Of a stretch of DNA of 64,000 bases, positions 1-13,900 are shown in pieces (positions within the stretch are counted from its first letter, which is position 1; each line of letters opens with the position of its first letter). The notes beneath the pieces were generated by a model, which searched no databases, was not told the DNA's origin, and saw only the letters and a list, made by a program, of their open reading frames with translations. Source of the stretch: Balanoglossus misakiensis (lineage: Eukaryota; Animalia; Hemichordata). Both the position numbers and the translations under genes were made by a program. The DNA lies in NCBI GenBank assembly GCA_040954595.2, contig CM082579.2, positions 5,755,625 to 5,819,624 on the forward strand, in the 5' to 3' direction.

Positions 1-3000
1 AGCTCCCACTGGCATACATACCAAATGGGAGCTAATTAGAAACTGGTGCTTCAGAAAAGTACCTAAAAACATAAAGGCAGCCTAAGGAGCATGTAGAACT
101 GCTGATTGACGCAGCAAATTTCCATATATAAGAGACACTATCATTTAACATGATGACAACATTACACGCACTGTCAAAATGACTCTGAGCTGGAGAGCAA
201 AATGAGCCCAAACAGGGCACACAAAAGAAATCCTGCCAACTATTGAAAATGAAACTAATCATAATCGACAATTACAGCTAAATTCTTGACAACTGCGTGT
301 AACACTAACCGACACAATTTAAGAAGCCATTTAATGTATCGCTGACGAGCCACTACAGCACAGCGTAGGCACTGCGTAAAACAGCAAAGTGGGCTGCCAT
401 GGATTAGCTTTGACACAGATCACGCAGTAAATTTTTCATACACCCAAGAATTAAAACTAATGGCCTGGAAAGTCAGGAACCACCCAAATTTCTTCTTATC
501 AGTTACATGGTCTGCAAAGATCGTCATTTCTGATAAAAACCACCCTGTGCACGACAGAAAATCATTCTTCACATCCCCAGGCTAAAATGTTTCATCAAGT
601 CCGTAGTTACATATTCAACTAGTCAATTTGAAAATGACGTGAGGGAAGTAAAAGCAATCCGGCACGCGGTTTGAAAGACAAACCCCAACACTGCTCATCT
701 ACAGAGATTATATTAAGAGATAATGGCACAAATGCACGAGAGTGTGGGAGGCTTTTAACATCTAATTTCTAACAGGATAAACGAGAAACTAATGAGAATA
801 TTGAGTAATAACAGAATCGCATGCAGATTATGCTCGCTCGTGCTAGCTCACTGTGTCCCATATTTTGTGCTGGCTCCTAGAAACTTCAGCACTGGAGGGG
901 AAAAACTGAAAACCTGGTTAAATATTCATGTCAGAAATAAGCACTCAGTACATGTACATGTATATCCCTTTCCAGCCTGATTTTATGTCATCAATCTTTG
1001 ACAATAGAAATACACAATCCACACAACGCTCCGACAGACTTGAATCATGCACCAGATCCCGACAGCAAAAACCAATGCACCTGCCACACGAGATGAAATT
1101 TTATCTTTCTTTCATTATTTTCTATATTTTTTTGTCTTTGAGATATTACATTTTCACTCAAAACACGCAAAGAACGTTTAAGAGCAACTCAATTCTGCAA
1201 CACTAGAAGCAGTAAACACCCAGCGTCAATGAAACTTTTCACAACGCATTACACAAAGTCTAATTCATCTGTCATCCAATTTTCTCAGGAATGACTTACA
1301 TTTTAGTACTTTGCCCCTGTTATTTGGGCGAGCCATATAAAATAACCTATTTACCCAATTTTATGACTGCTTTCATGCATAAATCTCAGAATAAACCTTG
1401 CGCCATCAGTGGTCACTATTCAGCAGGCACTGAGTGAAACAAACATATATATTTCACGCTTTTTATGCAAATGACCTGAACAGAATTCTCAGCACTGCAA
1501 GACAACATAATTATGCCACTTTCTGATTTCTGAATTGGTAAATACATAGTCTAGTGCTTGGATGAGAGAATCTGTCGTTTCCACCAACTATTAGTTTCTT
1601 GAGGTCTGACTGTTCGCTGGAAGTTTCAGATGAGCCTCTGCATCGTTCAATTTCTTGGAAATCAAAGTAATTTAATTCTCATGAATCTAGTCTGTCACAA
1701 GCATTTTCCTGATGTGTAGCTGTGTATAATAATCACCTTGTCACATTCACGCTCATCAGTGACTCCAGCCAAGGCGATGACAGAACAGGACACAAAAAGC
1801 CAGACAACATCTACTCTAGCCCTGTCACTTCAAATCAGCATCGCATGACCTGAGCAAAACAACTCCTGCAGAAAGCGAGAGCATCACACACACATAATCT
1901 CTCTCCCCACTCCAACTTCCAAGGTTACAAATTTTACCTTCTTTAATAATCACAATAATTGCAACACAAACGGCAGCAATCAGGGTGAACTACGACGGCA
2001 GATTCTCCAGAGCGATCGTGAATTACAGCTCATCGTTAGAAGATGTCAATATATTCAGCCAAAGGGGGATGAGGACTCTGATTGTGTTAACTTGACATAT
2101 CTATGATAAAATGGTGTCTAATGGCACACACACTCTCTTTCCCTCACTTTTCTTCTTCTTCATTTTTGACGTCTTTGCATACATACACATCTAAGCCTCA
2201 TGAGATGTCAGGTACACAATTCGCCCGTCTCTCATTTACACGTTTTTTTTCTTCCTTCAAGCTATGACACGCACATCGTCAGGGAGACAGCATCTCTCCT
2301 GTTAATATTGTGAGCTGCTCTCAATAGCATAAAATGCTTTGATTTCGCGAGCCAAGCCCCAACAATTGCAGGTACTATATTCCACCGTGTGGAATTCACG
2401 GCTTGTGGAATTCAAAGCTTGATTGACAGGTATGCTGGTTATTGATTCTTTACACTCTCAGCGGCTAATTTATTGGGGGGGAGGGGGGGGGGGGGGGGGG
2501 CTCCAGGCTCTTTAATAGCACGGCACAATTTCTCCAAAATCGCTCACTCAGGCAGCATCAATGCAGCTCACTGCAATTTTGGAGTATTTGTGTCTCTCTT
2601 CACAAGCTTTTCAAGAATTAAGTGCAAAAGGGTTTCTGATAATTCACACACCACTGATAAACATGACTGTCAAAACTACCATAGGTGATTCAAAAATGCT
2701 GTATCATACATTGTATCAACAGCGAGCCAATCTGTTTTTTCAGTCATTTTCTTTTTCTTGCGGCTGAAAGGAATCTCCCTTATAAGCTCATACAGTTCCA
2801 AATTAATTGCAAATCCAATTCATTTTAATACATGACCTAAATGCAGTGTAATAAATGTGGTATCGACAACCCAGTTTCAATAGATCAGAAAGGAAAATAT
2901 TGAGAGAGAAACAGCAGCCCAAAATATAATGTGAAACACCCTCCTGTTAACAACCGGTGAAAAATGACAACACTACGTGGCGACGCTTTCACTTCATCAC

Positions 3001-6000
3001 AGAAATCAATTTTTCGGATGTAAAATCAAATCAAGCAGGAAGGGCAATGACATTTCGGCAAAATAAAAACTCCAAAAAGCGGTCTCATGCATGGAGATGA
3101 ATATTTACGCACAAACCGTGACTGATTAAAAGTCGCCATTTTCAGATGGCTTTTTTGCCTGGTCGGATGACGTTCTGGGCAGGACTCCATCGGAAGGTGA
3201 CGGCAACCTACTAAAGCGCGAGCTGTACAGACGAATGAACTTTGGCTTTGAGTGGCGTCAATTGAAGCACCAAGCCTTTTTCGCAGCAGATTTTTACACA
3301 TGAAAAGGAGAAACGCGCTCGACTACGCCACATAAAATCTACATTTTCCATTTAGGGTGTCAGGTGTCTGACACATTTATAACTGAGAAGTTTGCGTTCC
3401 GCGCCACACCGACTTACATTGTATTACATGAACATGTAAATGTGAAGTATTCGTCTTAAAGTCACTCAAACTAGGAGGCAGTTCAAAAGAGTCTTGTGTA
3501 CGACTCGCTTTACGATAGCCAAGTTTGAATTTCAATTTTCCTCTGCCTTGTACCATCAAAATGTGAGTAAAATGGCAAGCTCGTTCAATGGGCCTACTTT
3601 GGAATAAGACACCACGCACTGACTACTGGAACTGGAGGATGCACAAGACGTTATGCGATAGTGGCACAAATAACTACGCATAGATAAACGCGTACTGTAT
3701 TAATTCTGGGATTCATCTCCTTTGAAGTTTCAATTCTCCATGACAAACCTGCCTATCAAATACCTGTTTCATTTTCAATACCTTTCATGCTCATTCACGG
3801 AACTTTTTGTACTTACAATGTTAATTGTTCATCATTCCTTTACTACAAGAAGGGGTTTGAAGTCCAAACAGAACAAGAAATTGAGAAATCATATCTCAGA
3901 AACACTTTCCATATCCCTATACCAGGAAATCACATACAGAGGAAAACCAGTGTCACAAAGGAAAAGCTTCAGGGAATAGCAAAAGAACATGCACAATCAA
4001 TAAGTTCACAATCCCAGCAAACAGCTCATCAGCATTTTCTCATATCTCTGAAAGCCTTATCTTCTATTTGCCTTTCACCCACTGCTCCATCACTTGGGTT
4101 TAATATGGGAGGAAACGATCCATCACGATGATGATGAACTCTTGAGACTTGCCCACTGCGCGACAGTAAAAACAGGCTGCGTGTCGTTCCTTTTGTGACG
4201 GTGTCACTCGTAGGTGTCATTGCTGCGATGCTGTGTGCTGATTGCATTAGATTTTTCTCCAGCCCCAGGGTCTTTTTCCATTGTCATTGTATGACAGAGC
4301 AAGTTGAATGCAACACGTATCAAATGCTGTCTGCTAGACAAAAGAGCAGGTATCGTATCTGCTTTCGCGACCTGTCATCGCCTGATTCAAAATATGTATG
4401 CATGCACTGCTGTATGCTGTCCCCCCCCCAATTTCTCCACTCTTTTGCCGTGTTTTCAATTTTCTTGTATTAACAGGGCACTTCCCCTTTGGGGAAGCTC
4501 TGAGACGGACAAACACGCCAACACACCTTTCACGGAAATCAACTCATCAAACAGCCGAGTTCGGTGATTCCGAGCAGTCAGGTTTCAATTAGCTTGAGAT
4601 AACAATCCGAAAGAAAAGGCAAACGGCAACATTTTTATAACCGAGCAGTACACTTATGTTTTCATGAAAGAGACTGACTATGTCCACATCTGTAAATTCA
4701 ACTGATATTAATTTTTTCATCAAATTCAAAGTTATGTACTATATATACTGAGCTATCAGTCTTTTATACATTTAGATTTTCTCCTAGAAAACTCATGAAT
4801 AAGATACCAAAGTAATTTATATGCATTCAAAGAGGTGAAGGCATGTCTATCAGACACCATTTGCACCCAAGGGCTGTGTACTTTATTTTCCTGAATGTCT
4901 CTAATACCACACATTTGTCAGTCTGGCTTTTAAATTATTTCATTATGGCACTGGAGGAGAGAAACAACATACAAGCGCGATGAAAATGATAATGGTGCTT
5001 TCAGAAGACAGTATACAAGTTGGTGTCATGAAAATAGAAAATTACACTGGAAAGTTAGTCCCTCAACTCATTTTTGAGTGCAATGCTGTCCGGATCTGTC
5101 TCGCTATGCGCGTGTTATATGCACAATGTAGACATCTTGAGTGGCCAGCTAACTTTATCTCAATCGAGACATCAGCGGGTTTCCGCCACAAAAAAGTTCA
5201 GCACATTTAAAATCCAATCTCTCTCTGTATAACCTCAATTTCATCTGACTTGGGGATCATCGCTGCAGCATTGATGGGCAATAAATTGTCATCCAGACAC
5301 TGGTACATACACGTTGTGCACCCCATTCACACGTTATCAGGGTCTTAAAAGTGGGGTTTTTAGAACTCTGAACGAGTTTTTATATTAAAACATGATACAT
5401 GTAAATGATATCAAATTTGGTGAAGCTGCATTTGAGACCGAGCAATCCTGCATCTGAGGCCAAAGAATCCTTCGAACTACATCTTCTGGATCCTGTTGTA
5501 TTCAACGAAAATTATCCAGCACTGCAGCATTCATTCCCCGATCTAATATTACTATAAAAAAATACCATCACAAATCCGAGACGCAATCACAGTCGTTCCA
5601 CAAATCACTGTAAGTGATACAGTTTAAATCTTTATCATCATCGCAACCGGGGACAATGAAGACACGCTAACTTAATGGCCGTCCACGTATCATGAACGCA
5701 CCATTAATGGAAAAAGATGAAATAGAAACCATCATATTGTATCTCTTTCAATATTTTTTTTTTTACCTGCACATAAATAGGCACCTTTCATCTGCGAATG
5801 TGATTACCTTGATATGAGCTGTCACAATTACTGAGCAGAATATCAATTTACGCTCCCCACTCAGACAGCTCCAGTTTCTTTGATATGCCGATAGCATAAA
5901 TTAAGATATTACACACAGCTGGTATCTCGTTTCATAAATTCTGCGAGTAATCCTTTTCCGCTGAAAACTGGCAAAAAGATACAATTGATATTCGCACAAG

Positions 6001-9000
6001 ACTGTCAGCAGGGAGAGTCTCACTCTGAAACTGATAATGGCTGACTTGGGTTCATTAATTTTGTTTTTTAAAGGACAGAAAAAAGTGAACAAATATTATC
6101 TTTGAAATGTAAACTTAACAAACTTATCTTGCGTCTCTCGGGGGAGTCTGAAAGATTCAATTTTCTGCACAGTGTCTGTTGGGAGGATATGTACACTTGA
6201 AATATCAAAATGTGTTTTGTTTTGCAAGAATGGTACAGGGTAGAAGCCTCCCCAGTTGAAAAGCGCATTTTTGATAGCGGTTGCCTGGCAACATAATGGA
6301 AATGCACAAAGAGTCAGGCACACTTTCTTTATCAACTTTCAAAAGCAAAAAGATAACTTGATGAACATTTCAATGGAAAACATATCCGTTTCACCACATA
6401 AACATTCAACGTCAACAAGAACTTATGCGAGAACCAGGGATTGAAAATTGCCCCTTTAAGAAGTGCTTGAACTTGTAGCTATTGTAACTTGTTGCTTTGT
6501 AACACATAATTTAGTATGGAACATGAAAACAAGCACGGAAAAATAAGAAGATTTAGTCATCAACTGCTATTACTAAGGCAATGTATGCTTGCGTATGAAC
6601 GGAATACAGAAACAGTCATGAGCCAGGGCTGCAAGTGGCAGCTGGGAAAGTACACTGCCCTGCAAGGTGCATTACCTGTGCTGAAATTAGCTTCTTTTAT
6701 TTTATCCAGGAGGAGCACAACATGAGACCCACCCACTTTCAAAATCGGGACGGAACGTATGATGTCTTTTTGTTTAAAAGCCCCATTTCAGGACACAGAC
6801 CCACTTAGGATTCCCTCTTCAAAAGCAGCAGTCCTCCTGGAATTGCTTTAAAAAAAGAGAGAAAATCAATGCAACAAACAGAATATGCATAGGGGTATCA
6901 TCAAATTTCCATTTCACGCAGACAGTCTCGGCGACAGCTTAAAAGGTGTCATCACCGTCTGCATATTGATTGCAAGGGATAGTCTTACAAGTGGGCCCGC
7001 AATTTACATACAGGTGCTCTTTTCTGCTCGATGGGACTCGATATTAAAAACGTTCACGAAAATTTATTTGCAGTTGAGTACGGCTTTATTATCACTGGAG
7101 GGCAACGCTGCCCAGCGCGGGGAGCTTTTTCGAGAACCGAGGCCGAGATATTGCTTTTGTGCGTTTCATTCAATTGTTTCGAAATGAGTTCTGCCAGACA
7201 GTGATTTGCGGAATATTGATGATGACTTCCGTATCCAGGCGAGGCCAAGTGGCGGCTGATTGGTTTATCGGATTCGGCTCCAGTCTAATAAAATGTGCGG
7301 AATATTTTCGGCCCCGGTTGTTGTGGTGCTGCTCGTTCATATCTTAGATACCGGAGCAGACTGATTGATTCGCCATGGCCGCAGGGCACACGAAAACAAA
7401 TATCAGATGTCTCACGCGATGAATGCGTTTTAAGATTTTTTTTATCATCGTTTTTACTTTTTATAGAGAACAAAAGTGAATGGCACAGTTTCATGAAGTG
7501 GAAGACACTGGGTGTGTTTCATTTCATAAATAGACAATGCTAGATTTAACATGAGTCCTGAGAATCAGATGCTGTGGTCAAAAGTGGTGGTTTCTGTGGT
7601 TACGTATGTGCATAATTACACACAGTGCCTGTTCATAGATTGATCACTGACAAGCTTTGTAGCCAAGGCTACCTATGAACTGGCAACGTACTAAATATAT
7701 TTAACATGTTGATTTTCTTCCAAGCCACTGCAAAGCTAGGTATATCTGCTTTTAATTTTGGGTGGAACAGGGTGTGTTATTGTACATGTGTGTGCACAAT
7801 GCACACTTGTGTATGTTTGCTTTTGTTTGTTCTTGTGTGCATATGCATTATACACGTATTATGAAACTGACATCTAGGGTAGTCTGGGAGGGTAGTCTAC
7901 AGACGTCTAACAACTGATAAAAATTCATGCACCCCTAGAGTAACAGCAGAAATGTACGTAACCAAGCCATGATCTATGGCTTTCCTAACATGCTATGAAT
8001 CTCTCTACCTAATAGTAAAAGTCTATGACCACGGGACAATAAAAGTAAGTCAAACGAGTAGAAAGTCTGATTTCAATGCGATAACGCATGCGTTGCTAAG
8101 AGATACGGTCTTATTTACAGCTACACTGCACGCAACAAATGAACTGAGGTATATGATGTAAGATTACGGCCTCATGTATATCTCATCTTTGCCCTATAAA
8201 TGCGAAATTATGATAAGATGTTAATTTACATGTATCTATGCTCATGGACAGCTAGAACGATAATGAATAAATCTCTGTCCATTTTTCTTTGGAAAAAATG
8301 AAATTGTGTTTGCGATATGAGAAAGACCCAGTAGGGAGCTTCTTCATGATGAGGGTGCTCCTTCTCAACATACACCGTTGTATCATTGATGCGCCCCGCG
8401 AGGCTAAACACACGTATGACGTAAATGAATCACTAAAAAACGTAATCTGCTCGGGGTGTGATTGTAAATATTTCTGGCGACATGATCAGAATAAGGCCAG
8501 GGTTCCATGCATGCCCCACTGATCATTTTTTTATTTTTTAAAGACTCCAATTATGTGCCGACTCCAGACACAATGCATCTCGTTAGACCCCAGACGGAAG
8601 AATCTTTTTTCCTTCACTGTTTTCACTTAGGCAGTAAATTAGGTCTTCTTCTTGTCAGACATGCTAATTAACTCGACAATGGTGCGATCAGACATTTGTC
8701 TGCGATCCTCTGTGTACTGAAGAAAGGTTACCAAGGTAAAGTGCCCTCATGCAAGACTAAACAGTGCCCTCTTGTGTCAGTGTTTGGACAGGGCACAAGA
8801 ATACATTGAATTTATCCTCATACAACCAAGTAGTGGCTATACAGAATGATGAACAAAGGCACAGACGGGGGATACCCAATCAAACGGTTTCTCCCCTCCC
8901 CCTCCCCCTCTCACGAACTTTGTCCATGGGGACTTTATAAAGAAGACTTTTAACGTCATGTTTTGGTAAAACTGCAATCATGGCTGACAGACCAATACAG

Positions 9001-10698
9001 CGTGATCTAAAGACTCTCTTTAGTGCTTAACTACTCTGAGTCACCAAAAAGGGCTAAAATTAAAAGAAAGACATGCCACTCTCTGTTATTTCCACCTTAA
9101 TGAGTACACAGTCTTCGCCAGAGATCTTCCATGACACAACTCATAGGGTATGCGAAGTAATTTGACACGCTTTATTTGAGAACTCACATATTAAATCTGA
9201 AGCTACCGGTACAAGACAGAATCATTGGAATCTTGTAAAAGCCACTGTCAATCTGACTTCATCAGGAGAGAATGTCATGTAAATTAGGACAACATCCAGA
9301 AACTCGCAATTCAAGCAGACGCAGACATGAAGCAAACTGTCAACGTCACGCTTCCCTTTGAGGAAACCTCCATCTCACTTTCCATTAAAAACAAACTGAA
9401 CACTACCGCCGCACAAGAGGTGTCACTAGATTGTCGCTAAAAGCCTTAAAACCTTTCCTCTTGCCCACCTAAGTCGCCAGCACCCTGAAATGTCAAATGT
9501 AAGCATTTGCTTCCGCGCAAAAAAAAATGAGACGCAAGACGCATAATCAGCTTGCTCTGAGGTACGACTGCCCTAAATCCGTCACATGTCCAATTACGGG
9601 CAGCATTTTAAAACAGTCCCTTTAGAAGCGAGTCAAAGTCAGCAGCTTCTCACCCCCGGGTGATAAAAAAACCATCCCTTGACATTGATTGCTGAACAAC
9701 AGCAAACACAGTATAGTGTACAAAGCAAAAGGATAAACCTGATGTATTGAATTCGCTTCTCGTCTCTTCTGAGACACCCTAATTGCCACGACTACTGCCT
9801 TTTCCAGCAGCACGCGCAGGCCTGGGGGGCACGAAGACGAGCAGTTGATGGCAAACACGTTTGCCACGATTTTTTTCTTCTCAACCGTTAAAAGTCACGG
9901 TGCCTGAACGAATGCAGCGTTTACAAAACAGTGAGAGCGAAAAAACCTGTCTGCCGAGACAGACCAGGTCCGTCTCCTGCCTGTCAGAATAACACTCTGC
10001 ATGTATAATCGCAAAGAAGGTCAATTAACGACACATCCACGCACTGAAGTCAGAAGGGCACATGCACATAATAAGATAGGAAATGTTATTTCCTAATATG
10101 GCAGGGAGATTTTCAAGCACACAAATTTAATCAGCGTGGCCTAAATAAATTTCCACCCACTCAGAAATCTCAATGTAGGATTGTGTGTGTGCTTTGACTA
10201 GAAGAATCTTCACGGCCCTGATGGAGACAAGCTCCCCCTTCCCCAAATGCACCATATCATTAGTTGCTAAACATATAAATTTGTAAATACATGGACTGTG
10301 TACATTGAAGTAGCTTAAAAGGTTCACAGAGGCTACCATGATAGAAGGATGGAGACTCTAAGATGGTTTTGCATAATGTCTTTATTGTCGAATCAGAAAT
10401 ACAATGCTATAGGTATTCAATTTATTTCCAGTACTTTTCCAGAAAAAAAATTTTTCCTGGAGTTTCCAGGATTTTTTTAGGACAAGTAGCAAATTTTCAC
10501 ACTTTCCAGGATTTTTCCTGTTAACTCTGCAAAGATGACAAACGTCACAGTGCACATTCCAGGTGTACCACTGCATCCATCGCTGTTGCCTGGACAACAC
10601 TTCCTTACCTGACACATCATTCAACTGATGAAGTACCGTTGCCATGGCAGTGGTGTATCCACTACTACGATGTTTCATTTTACTCATACCAGTGCATA

Positions 10699-10853
10699 CA
10701 GGGGTGTAGATAAGAACAATGCAGTAGCCAGCAAAATACAACCAGCTACTTTGTCTTTACCAAACTGATACTTTCCCATCAAAAGGAACACCCTCCGCCA
10801 CCCCTTCCTACTGTCTATTTTGCTGGCTACTTTTGAACTTAGCTACACCCCTC
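10699..10853. mobile_element. Non-autonomous MITE with hAT-like CAGGGGT ends
   Basis: Terminal inverted repeats CAGGGGTGTAGATAAG ... CTTAGCTACACCCCT, plus an internal inverted pair AGTAGCCAGCAAAATA / TATTTTGCTGGCTACT. No clear target-site duplication. Confidence 0.65.
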
Positions 10854-10863
10854 TACATACATA

Positions 10864-10963
10864 CAGTGAAACCTGTCTATTAAGGACGCCTCTTGGACCA
10901 GAAAATCTGTCCTTAATAGAGAGGTGTCCTGATTAGAGGTATCCATAATGACAGGTTTCACTA
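10864..10963. mobile_element. Tc1/mariner (pogo/Tigger-like) MITE, about 100 bp
   Basis: TA-CAGTGAAACCTGTC ... GACAGGTTTCACTA-TA: 14-bp inverted ends with one mismatch, flanked by TA on both sides. Confidence 0.75.
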
Positions 10964-13900
10964 TACAACATTCCAGGAGCTTTTCCAATGGTTTATCAAT
11001 AGTGATTGCGCAATCACTGTGGCAAAAATGTTCATGATAATGGGCATTTCACACAGCAGCATGGGTAAATGAATCAACATTCCAGAACTTCCAATGACCT
11101 TCCGTGAGCAGTTTATCATTCCAAGATTTTCCAGGAACATTGCATGTATATGTATGAACCCTGAACTCACAACCTTGTTCGTGCACGCTGAGTGTTGTAT
11201 AGACAGGTGATGTTTTTAATGAGTGGAGAGCTCACTTGGGAATTTTGAGAGGAGATTTAGTGAGTGTTCAGGTTTCATCAAATGATTGATAAAGAGGCCA
11301 TATTTTACATGGATGCGGTCAGAAAAATATGTGCGTAAATACCTTGCTGATTTTTCTTTTACTTTAAAATTCAACTTCTCAATGACTTGGTGGTTTCTTC
11401 GGCTGCTTACGGATATTTCTTGGGCTTCTGGTCATGTACAAATTCCCCTGTAAACATATTGTAAATAAATGCAACATTAAACATAGTACAAAAAGTGGAA
11501 AATCATCATCTGGAAAAGACAATGTTTGGGTAACCTCTGTCATGAGGCTCTGATAATAAAATATTGATGTTTCTATCTTTCCCTTTGTCTGACCGTCCAA
11601 AACAAATAAAATACCTAAATAAAGTACAAGTATGTATTATGATCACTCAAATTTTAATAATAAATGAGTGTGTGTCCCTGTATAGCAAGCTAAAAATCAG
11701 TAGAAATATAAGACGAAAATTCCCTTCAAACCCCTGTCTGTAGTTACATGTATGATAAGTTGTTACCTTGGCAGAAGAGTACATTATGCCAAAATTGCCT
11801 CCAGGGATAAACCAAAGTCTGTGATTGCACCGACCTTAAAGAACACTCAAAAACCGACCAACCCAGTAAAGTTTTATTGACCGAAACCAGCGAGGCCAAT
11901 CTAACCTAAAAACTGATGTATGTGACCCACACTAAATGAAAGTGTGCTGTCTGTAACATCCCCAAAGTTTCAGTGCCGACATATATAAACTTACAACATT
12001 TCTGCCACTTTTAGTTAAATTTCGTTGGTGTTAAACACTGTCGTGCAAGCACCACAATGTTGATAATGAAATTTAACTGCATAACAACTGGCATGATACA
12101 TGCCCTGGGAACATGGGGCGGCCTGTTGGGAATCACCTCATCACAACCGTCAAATCAGAAGCAATTGCCATTTATTTGACAGAACATGGCGCGGATAAAA
12201 AAAAGGGGCATTAATGTCTTTCACACCTCTCTCCCCCTGCCCCGACCAATTCTGAAAGGCTGTCAGTGATGGAACACGTTATTAACTCCTACATGAAATA
12301 TGTAAATGCACGGTTTCCACCGAGTAAATGAAGTAGTTTACTGATGCAGTTTTATGTCCCGGAAGTTGACTGTGGCACGGAGAGCTGGGCACACACGTCA
12401 AAAGCCGCCTCAAATCTACTTCCTACATTTTACATTAACGTCATCAAACACTTGTGGCCCCACTCAACGATGTCATTCTCATTTTTTTTTCTCTCTCTCT
12501 GTTGATCTTTACTGTGACTCCTCTGGTAATTGCATGCATAAAATCCACTCGGGTTATGGACGATTGTGGAGCGGTGAGCCGAACAGTGATATCGTACATC
12601 AATGGTGTTTTCCCGACATGGAAGTGTAACCCCTCACCATACATACATACACACACACACCACACGTACTGCTTGTGTACAGACATGCACGTGTACATGT
12701 ATATACACAAGTACATTATTTACAGTGTACATCCTCTCACTCTTCATGTACCACCCCACGCCAAATGTGAAGATCTGTAATTATAGATATTATATTTCAA
12801 TTGTGGCCGGTGAGCCTTGTAAATGCATACATCATATGAAAACTGGAAAAAACTTCATAATTCATCTCCTACTTCATGAAAAATTTAATCATTAATGACT
12901 GCACAGAAATACAAACCAAACTCATTTAAAGACTCTTTTCAATGTGTCACGACAGATGTGGCTGAAAAATTAACCAACATCAGTCTCTGTCACAGACGCA
13001 GTAAAAAAACCTATTCCGACTACATGTATGTGTAAATTCCAACCTTTGGCTTTTCCTTCGTAAGAGTTGTGTACAGTACATTTTCAATCCACCTCCTAGC
13101 TATATGATCTACCCTCGGCATGAAAAATGCAATTTCCAGTCTCTTTGGACTGTCGGAGTAGTCGCTTGCAGCGGGGCTTGCGTTTATTGATGCGTGAGGG
13201 CAATGACATGATGTCTACCGGGCGCACGCACAGCGCCACGAGACATAAATCCATAAATGATGATCGCAATAAAGTTTGCCAGATCTCGCGAAGTGACCTT
13301 TCTTCTGTGAACATTTCAAGTGTTTCATCTCTCTAATAGTAGTCATACAAGACATCCAGAGATCTGTGTTCGAACTGAATAGATCCGTGTGAATCGTTTC
13401 CGCTGCATGGAGTTTTAAAAGCCTTTTAACAATTTCAGCTTTTTTTTCAGGTCTCCAACATCTGCAATTAGCAATGATTTGTCGTGTCACAAAAAGTTCA
13501 TCATAATTTACGTGGATTAACAGACACTGCAGAGATCTGGACCTGTTACCAGCATTTTAAAAGCATTTAGAGCCGTCGCTTTCATCCAGCATCTAGACTT
13601 TGAATGCCTTGGCTTTGCATGGCTTTAATTTACAGACATTGTACGGTTTTGTGAATGACTTTGAATTCAGTGAAAGGCTAAACTTGTCTGTGATAATGCC
13701 CTTGCCTTTCATACTTCGGCGCAGTTTAAGTGTAATTTTGACAAAATTACCCGACAATGTGTAATCTTTCACTCAGCGCCAGTTCCCATAGTGTATAACT
13801 TTTTTTGTGAAGGTGACAATCGCACACAGCAGTGAAGTACCGGTCTCCCATGAATGCACGCTACATTGCATGTTTTGAAGTGGACAGGGTTCAAGCCACT

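Noticed and set aside
1938-2070. Hydrophobic stretch LIAAVCVAIIVIIKE before a minus-strand donor
   Set aside because: An in-frame TAG lies immediately upstream and there is no ATG or acceptor; at most a non-coding exon.
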